Below, in pieces: positions 21,826 through 28,298 of a stretch of 28,298 nucleotides of DNA. The DNA comes from Octopus sinensis. Taxonomy: Eukaryota. The stretch covers positions 1 through 28,298 of the forward strand of contig NW_021833213.1 in the NCBI RefSeq assembly GCF_006345805.1, given 5' to 3'. The translations under genes and the position numbers were made by a program. The notes under the pieces are model-generated. The model was not told the DNA's origin and ran no database searches. It worked only from the letters and a program-made list of their open reading frames with translations. How positions within the stretch are numbered: the stretch's first letter is position 1; each line of letters starts with the position of its first letter.

Positions 21826-22752
21826 TGTCACATGGGTGATAAGACCCCTATGGGCAACCTGGCCTTTACGTGTTTCCATGGCAACTACATAGAAAATATT
21901 ACTAAAAGGCCAACTAATATAAAGGCAAACGATACGAACTAATGATTGAACTTTAAATTTTGAGAAAATGATGTTTTATATTTGAACCATGCTTGCTTTA
22001 AAATAGTAAAATTATTTACGACATTAGCAAATTTATAATGTGAATTATTTTTATTTTTGATAATATAAATTGCAACATTAGCAAATTATAATTTACATCA
22101 AATTTTTTGCAAAGTTTGTAACAACTTAGGACAACATACCGAAAATAAATTCTAACCTTAACCCAAACCCTAACGTTGGCAAGTGACAACATAAATATAT
22201 TCAAAATCTAACCCTAACCAAACCCTAACGTTGGCAAGTGACAACATAAATATATTCAAAATCTAACCCTAACCCAAACCCTAACGTTGGCAAGTGACAA
22301 CATAAATATTAAAAATCTAACCCTAACCCAAACCCTAACGTAACCCTAACTCGAAATTAAATGATGTTTCTGCTGACGATTCTTCAGACATTTTTGACAA
22401 AAATTGGAAGCCTTTTTGGCCAACCGGTGTTTGCTTCGAGCATTCATATCCTCCGGGAATATCCCGATTAACGCTTCCTTAATTTGATTGTATTCGTTAA
22501 TATTTCTGACGTACCTTGTGGATTTAACCCAGAACATCACAAAGTAGAGTAACCACGCTGTTAAATTACTATACTTGGGGGGTAAGCCATTTTAAAGATA
22601 TTATTTCAAATGTATTTTTAAATTAAAAATAATTGATTAATCTACACTCTTCCAATATAATTCTAATTCAATATTTAATACCTTTCTGCGGTTTCCATAG
22701 GAAATACTAAAAGGCCTGGCTGCCCATAGCGACATAGTCGCCCAGGTGCACA
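21826..22752 (-). mobile_element. Non-autonomous TIR DNA transposon, probably Ginger-like
   Basis: Imperfect ~60-bp TIRs: tgtcacatgggtgataagacccctatgggcaacctggccttt versus the reverse-complemented right end tgtgcacctgggcgactatgtcgctatgggcagccaggcctttt. Termini TGT..ACA. The target duplication reads as ATA, or as AATAT if the termini are G..C. Minus ORF 22346-22540 (EYNQIKEALIGIFPEDMNARSKHRLAKKASNF) resembles the N-terminus of GIN1/gypsy-type integrases. Confidence 0.7.
22150..22351. repeat. Telomere-like minisatellite, 54-56-bp unit x ~3.6
   Basis: Unit ctaaccctaacccaaaccctaacgttggcaagtgacaacataaatatattcaaaat starting at 22152, 22208, 22263 and 22317. It contains TAACCC hexamers (TTAGGG on the minus strand). 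Confidence 0.92.
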
Positions 22753-23249
22753 ATATATCTCCTCTGCGTCCTTTCCAAAGTTCTGGAAAAACTTATACTC
22801 AACCACATCAAACAATATCTCCCGGATTTGGACTTTCAACATGGATTTAAATGTGGTAAATCAACTACCTCGCACCTTGTCACTTTGACGAACTTCATCT
22901 CAGATGGACTATCTACCAAACCGTATAACCAAAAAACGGTTATGTGCTCAGTGGATATCCATAAGGCTTTTGACTCCGTTCCCAGAAAAATACTGACCAG
23001 GAAAATATACCTTAGTGGAATTCACCCAAGACTGAAAATGTTGGCTAGCTAACTTCCTCAGCGGCCGAAGAGGCAGGATCCAACAAAACAAGATCGATGT
23101 CACGATATTTTCCAAACGGAGTCCCTCAAGGCTCACCCCTTTCACCAGCCCTTTTTAACTTATTCTTATCGGATCTCCCGCTACCAAACGACAAAGACTC
23201 AATCGTTTTATCATACGCTGACGATATCGTAATTGCTACCAAGAAATTT

Positions 23250-23560
23250 TGTCAGTTCTGTTCTTTTTCGCTCCCCTGAACGTTTTGAACTGGCTGAATT
23301 TTCTTCTGCCCTCGCTGCCTGGACAGCCTCAGGTCTTGCCTTCCCCGTGGAGGATCACTTGCAGAGGAGTTGGGACTCCATCCGCTGCAAAGAAGTGGTA
23401 AAGTCCCTTAAAGGAAGCGCCGATCAAGTTAAACTCGCCTCGTTGAATGCAGCCTGTCACCCGCATTCTGGAGATTGGTTGAAAGCCATCCCTCTGTCCA
23501 CCGCTGGCCTCCTCTTGGATGATGAATCGACTCGAGACCTGTCTTCGTCTTGCAATCCGA
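23250..23560 (+). mobile_element. CRE-like retrotransposon fragment (post-RT region)
   Basis: LQRSWDSI..KLASLNAACHPHSGDWLKAIPLSTAGLLLDDE matches the recalled A..HSGDWL.A.P...GL.L.D motif of CRE-type elements. Confidence 0.7.
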
Positions 23561-23637
23561 GGTGCAGCCACTGCTGACACTTAATTAGCTATTTTGAAGA
23601 ACTCTTTTTCTGCTTAAAAAAACATTGTTAGCTCACC

Positions 23638-23983
23638 CATTCCAATAAGGCATAGATGAACTGTGAAATTTTTAACAAGTGGCTCAGTGATTTTGAGTGT
23701 GAACTTGCGAAGAAAAAAAGAAAAATTCTATTTTAAATAGATCGATACCCATCTCATCAAATAATTGTCACGATAAACTCTATTGAAATTCTTTGGAAAC
23801 AATTATTGAAGAGGAATCAAATGAGAAGAAAGTTAATCTTTCAGAGCTCTAGAGATTATTAAAACTTATGCTTCTCAGGTAAATGCAGATATAAATGATC
23901 ACGAAAATATTATGAAAATTAGGGAAACGTTAAGAAAATTAATTAAAAAACATAAAATTTCTGATTTTTTTGAATATAAATAA
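23638..23983 (+). mobile_element. Tigger/pogo transposase remnant, internally deleted
   Basis: HSNKA*MNCEIFNKWLSDFECELAKKKRKIL..DRYPSH (pogo DDE_1 region), then the C-terminal KISDFF. Confidence 0.7.
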
Positions 23984-24499
23984 TTTTATGTATTCAGTCA
24001 TTTGTATATAAAAAGAAATATTTAATCTATATTGTAAGTTAATGTTTCAACTATAAAATATTATTTAAATTGCAAAAATGGTTATTCAGAAAATTTTTTA
24101 AAAAAATAAGAGAAAATTTGATAAATAATATGACTAAGAAAATAATAGTGTTTTAGAAGTTTCAAAACAAATAAAAGAAAGAGATTAAAGGAATAAAACC
24201 GGGAAATATACAAAAAATGATGAAATTTCAGATAATTTAATCATTAAAAGAAACCACATCTCGCATTATTCCTTCTACATCCAATTAAATAAAAAAATAA
24301 AGTGTGATCAAAAATTGTTAAAATACAACAAACTAAATCACTCCGTAATAACACGTGGCTTAATTTATTAAGTTTTCTAGTAAAAATTAAGATAATTAAA
24401 ATAATTAATAAAAATAAATTTTATTTTAATTACAACAAAATTGTACTGAACTTTATTTTGAGAAATTCTTTTCGTGTCATTTTTAAAAATCTTTTCAAG

Positions 24500-25716
24500 A
24501 AATAAAAAAACTTATACTTTTTGAATATAATGCAGGAAACTCAATCCGAAAAATTTCCGAAAGTGTTCATATTCCGAAGAGTACAGTATGGAACATTATC
24601 AATAAATCGAAATTATTTAAAACTACCAAAAATAAGTCAAGATCAGGACAACCAAAAAAATATCATCTCGATCAATTTCCATAATTAGACGAAAAGTGCT
24701 TGATAATCCGAGACTATCTCGTAAACAACTCTCTACTTACTTGGGTGAGATAGGAACACCAGTATGCTCACAGACTGTTACAAATGCCCTAAGAAAGAAG
24801 GGTTCCATAAATGTCGTTTACGTAAAGTTCCGCTGCTTACTAAGGAACACGTCCATGCACGGCTAAAATATGCCAAAAAAAATTACTTAAAGACGACGAC
24901 TTTCTAAATAATATTATTTGGTCGGATGAAACAAAGATAGAAATTTTTGGACACAATTATACAAGCTACGTGTGGCGTAAATCGAAGGATGAATATCGTC
25001 CAAAAAATACCATACCAACAGTTAAACATGGAGGTGGCAGTATTATGCTATGGGGGTGTTTTTCTTCTTGGAGCGTTGGAGAACTTCATGTGATTGACGG
25101 AATATTGAATGTTTCTAAATACTGTGATATTTTGGAAAAAAATCCATTTTCGTCAATTGAGAAATGTGGTATTGCAGGAAATTGGACATTTCAACAAGAC
25201 AATGATCCAAAGCACAACGCAAAAAAACTCAAAAATGGCTAGAAGAACATTTGATTGATACCCTTGAATGGCCAAGTCAGTCCCCAGATCTTAATCCGAT
25301 TGAAAACCTTTGGAAAGAATTAAAAGCCAAAGTATGGGCGCATAATCCAAAAAATATCGCGGAATTAAAATCATTTTGTTTTGAAGAATGGAATAAAATT
25401 CCTGTTGAAACTTGTAAAAAGCTTGTTAACAATTATAAAAATGCTTAAATGCAGTTTTGGAGAATAACGGATACTTTACAAAGTATTAAGTAATTTGTCC
25501 CAAGACTAATTAGCATTTGATTTTGTGACTGTTTGTTGAAAATGTCAAAATTTTTTTAAATAAAATTTTCTTTGGATTATTTTTAAATGTTTTATTATGT
25601 AAAAAACTTTGTTTAATTTTTTAGCCTTTGGAAAAAATGAGATAAAACAAATATGCTTAAGAAAAGAAAATTTTATTAAAAATATACAAGTGTCCCAAGA
25701 CTAATTTGACCCACTG
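24500..25716 (+). mobile_element. Tc1-family (DD34E, IR/DR type) transposon; left IR missing
   Basis: HTH SIRKISESVHIPKSTVWNII, then RSGQPKK, WSDETK, VKHGGGSIMLWGCF, FQQDNDPKH, WPSQSPDLNPIENLW; stop at 25487-25489. The right IR carries direct repeats gtcccaagactaatt at ~25497 and ~25692 and ends ccactg|TA. Confidence 0.92.
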
Positions 25717-25751
25717 TAGGTCACGGTGAGCAAAGCGAGCTTCCGAGCTAG
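25717..25751 (+). mobile_element. 3' terminus of a second copy of the Helitron family
   Basis: taggtcacggtgagcaaagcgagcttccgagCTAG|T differs at three positions from the 3' end of the 19437-21483 element. Confidence 0.85.
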
Positions 25752-25769
25752 TCATTAATAAATTAAAAC

Positions 25770-26450
25770 AGCATATTTTCCATCATGGTTGGATAAATTT
25801 TATATTCAGATTATACACGTAGAATTTCAAAATCAAAATTTTCAAACTTTTTGGTTCAATATTAACTAATCCAATATAGTAATTGTAAAGAGATGACCAA
25901 TATTCGCTATGGCTATAAAAATATTTATAGAATTGAGTTTATATGCATCAAATTTACTATCCTTTTGCTCGCATTTTCTGCAATTGTCTTCGGAACTTAA
26001 TGTTTCATTACATTATCTCCTCTGTGTTCTAAGACCCCTAGATATCGGCAAACTTCTTTATCGAAGGATTCTTGATTGATTAAATTATATTCATACTCAT
26101 AATTAATACACTGATTGATAAAAACTTACGTCATTTTTGCACTTGACATTTTTTATTTATTCCCAGTTGATTGTCAGAAATAAGATTGAATGATTCCAGA
26201 TAATCAGTTTATTTATCAAAACATTTTTAAAATAAATTGCAACGTTCTAATAGTCGATTTATGCGCAACCTGGAAATCAGAATAACGAGACAATGGACGA
26301 GATTTCTCTTCATTTGTATTTGCCATAATTTTCTGCACTGCAATAAGTATTGTTCAAGGCTGTTCAGAAAGTTGCGAACCCATCGTATTTTATATCGATT
26401 TTATGCTTTTGGTTCCAACCAAATATCTTTGCAAACAAAAAGTTTCATCA
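25770..26450 (-). mobile_element. Degenerate R4-like RLE retrotransposon, RT and thumb fragments
   Basis: Reverse complement DYLESFNLISDNQLGINKKCQ (compare ISDNQLGTRKQCQ at ~19365); RYLGVLE; LNSINIFIAI/EYWSSLYNYYIGLVNIEP. Confidence 0.7.
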
Positions 26451-26933
26451 TTGTTCAATTTGAAATTAGATCACCTTGCAAAACTGAATGTTGTACATGA
26501 TATTCGGGTTTCTCTTTCGTCAAAGGATTTAGAAATAGAAATATTGGTTTTTGATAAACAGCATCATTCATCTTATTAATTAAATAATTTTTTTCTTTAT
26601 TTTTGAAAATCGATAAAGCGTATGAGAAAAATATTAAGATGCCACAGGTACAATATGAAAAGAAATTAGGAGGCCACTGCAATACATGATGAGTCATAAT
26701 AATTTTGACAGCGAATTACTCATAATATTTTTAAAAACAATGACAAATTTCAACTTATAAAAACATAGTTAACATCTAAAATAAGAAAAATTTACAATTA
26801 AAATATAACTTTGCAGATAAACTCGAAAAATTAAAAAAAATCAATTTTAATCATATAATTTTAAATTGTAACAAAATCATATTTTACGCTATATATTATT
26901 GTTATAAATAGCAAATAATAATTAAACGGCAAA

Positions 26934-27179
26934 ATGGTGAGAAGATTTGCAAGCGATAATAATAATTTTCTATACAGACTTCGACAAGATATAGAAAATT
27001 CTGAAAATAATGAATTTTTTGAAAATGAACATAATATTCTTCACCGGCTCCAGGATATTGACCATTGTTTGAACGAATATTTGGCAAATGAAGAGGAGCA
27101 TATACTAAATGACAGTGGTGTAAGAAACAGAGTAGAACAATTAGATAAATTGTTGACGGAGAAAATCGATTTTTTATAA
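26934..27179 (+). CDS. Hypothetical 81-aa acidic, probably helical ORF
   Basis: Open frame with ATG and protein-like E/N/L-rich composition; no family recognised. Confidence 0.3.
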   Translation: MVRRFASDNNNFLYRLRQDIENSENNEFFENEHNILHRLQDIDHCLNEYLANEEEHILNDSGVRNRVEQLDKLLTEKIDFL

Positions 27180-27269
27180 ATCGATCTGCAAACAGAGACA
27201 CTAATTAATTAGCTATAATGTTAATTTATTTGGATAATTTCTTATTAAATTTTTCAAACAATTTCTAAG

Positions 27270-27845
27270 TAGTCAAACCTCTCTAAATCGACCCCTCGTT
27301 ATACTGAAATTACCTAAAATCGGACTAAACTTCTGGTCCCAATTTACCTCATAGCCCATCACTGCTATTTAATCTTTGATATATCCGATCTCCTGTATTC
27401 CGAATACTGTCTGTATTTTGTGGTCCCAATTTGAATTTTTTAATCATAAATCGCCAATCTGACATCAAACTTTGATTTAATCTTATTATTCGGTTTTAAC
27501 CTTGAATTGAAAACAACAATAAAGATTTATATTGCGGACAACTCGACTGAAAATCAAGCTTACGTTGAAAATTGTTTTTAAAGAAGAAAATTTAAATAAT
27601 AAATGAATCAAACCAAACAAGTAAGAAACTATAAGTAAAAGGTAATCGCTAAAAGCAATAAGAGCTGAATCGAAGCTTAAAACAAGGCAAAACTCATATA
27701 AAAATTTCTATTAGTTTTAATGTTTCACTTTTTCGTTGTAAGTAAATTTAATGACTTGCTTAATATACCGACCTACCCTCTATACCGGACAATTCTGTCA
27801 GTGCCGAGAGTAATCGGTTCGAAGGATATTGAAATCAACTACAGA
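27270..27845. mobile_element. Degenerate pogo/Tigger-type MITE
   Basis: Left end TA-gtcaaacctctctaaatcgac with repeated cggac/ggtcccaat subterminal motifs. Decayed right end ccggacaattctgtcagtgccgagagtaatcggttcgaag. Confidence 0.45.
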
Positions 27846-28129
27846 ACATTATAAAAATAAACTACCCATAAAAAATCCAATATAAAACAATAAATAAAGA
27901 TTCAACTTAAACCCACCGTCACCTGAGATTAAAAAGCAAGATGGAAATTGTTTAGTCATATTATGTGACATGGGCCAAATGATACGTATGGGATGCGCGT
28001 TACACTGACCTTCAAATAATGTTAATCTGTCAATTTATCGATAAACTTCAAACAATCTTATTATTGAATTATCAACTACAAAAATAATTAATTTAAGTAA
28101 GCTTTTTAATCCTGTCCATCCCGACTATA

Positions 28130-28298
28130 GATTTTTTCCCATTTGAGTTTGGTTGAATCTCTCTACAATCCCCTATGTCCGTGGATTGTTAGGTCTTCCG
28201 TGAATTTGTTTGATTTTAAAATCAAAACAAATTTTCTTTATTTCCTGCTTCTTAAACTCAGAAGAATTTGACATGGCCGAAAATTTTTTTAAGTCAAT
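28130..28298 (-). mobile_element. Integrase core fragment, Ginger2/KRBA2-like, running off the window
   Basis: SEFKKQEIKKICFDFKIKQIHGRPNNPRT*GIVERFNQT matches the rve motif IHGRP.HP.SQG.VER.N.T; one in-frame stop. Confidence 0.7.

Larger units (their letters stand above)
21730..23245 (+). mobile_element. APE-type LINE RT fragment, split by a TIR element at 21826-22752
   Basis: WKMAHIRPILKPGRPKDNPAS-RP (21745-21825) resumes at 22753 as LLCVLSKVLEKLILNH..FQHGFKCGKST..VDIHKAFDSV..GVPQGSPLSPALFNLFLSDL..YADDI. Confidence 0.85.

Noticed and set aside
22150-22351. True telomere or chromosome end
   Set aside because: The repeat is interstitial, interrupted by a non-telomeric spacer, and enclosed by TIRs inside a LINE.

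Overview
AT-rich eukaryotic genomic DNA using the standard code, with very short GT-AG introns (mostly 23-32 nt). This pattern and a GON4L-like gene suggest a reduced animal parasite such as a myxozoan or dicyemid; that assignment is inference. Host genes: (1) a 14-exon cytosolic glutamyl-tRNA synthetase (minus, 885-3028) lacking both the N-terminal GST-like domain and the WHEP/ProRS half of metazoan EPRS; (2) a divergent GON4L-like gene (minus, ~3790-6841); (3) a solitary 5S rRNA gene (minus, 10302-10421); (4) a 10-exon RABGGTB (plus, 11942-13275); (5) a 4-RRM PABP-like gene (minus, 15525-16658); plus a few weak candidates. The rest is nested transposon debris: hAT Buster/SPIN elements, R4-like and CRE-like RLE retrotransposons, APE-type LINEs, Tigger/pogo, a nearly intact Tc1 DD34E transposase and a Ginger-type integrase fragment. 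Two elements stand out. A complete 2.05-kb non-autonomous Helitron carries a ~95-bp tandem array. A 0.93-kb TIR element with TGT...ACA ends carries a telomere-like (TTAGGG) minisatellite and interrupts a LINE RT. Several frameshifts fall in homopolymer runs and may be assembly errors. All family calls come from recognising motifs by eye; no database search was run.
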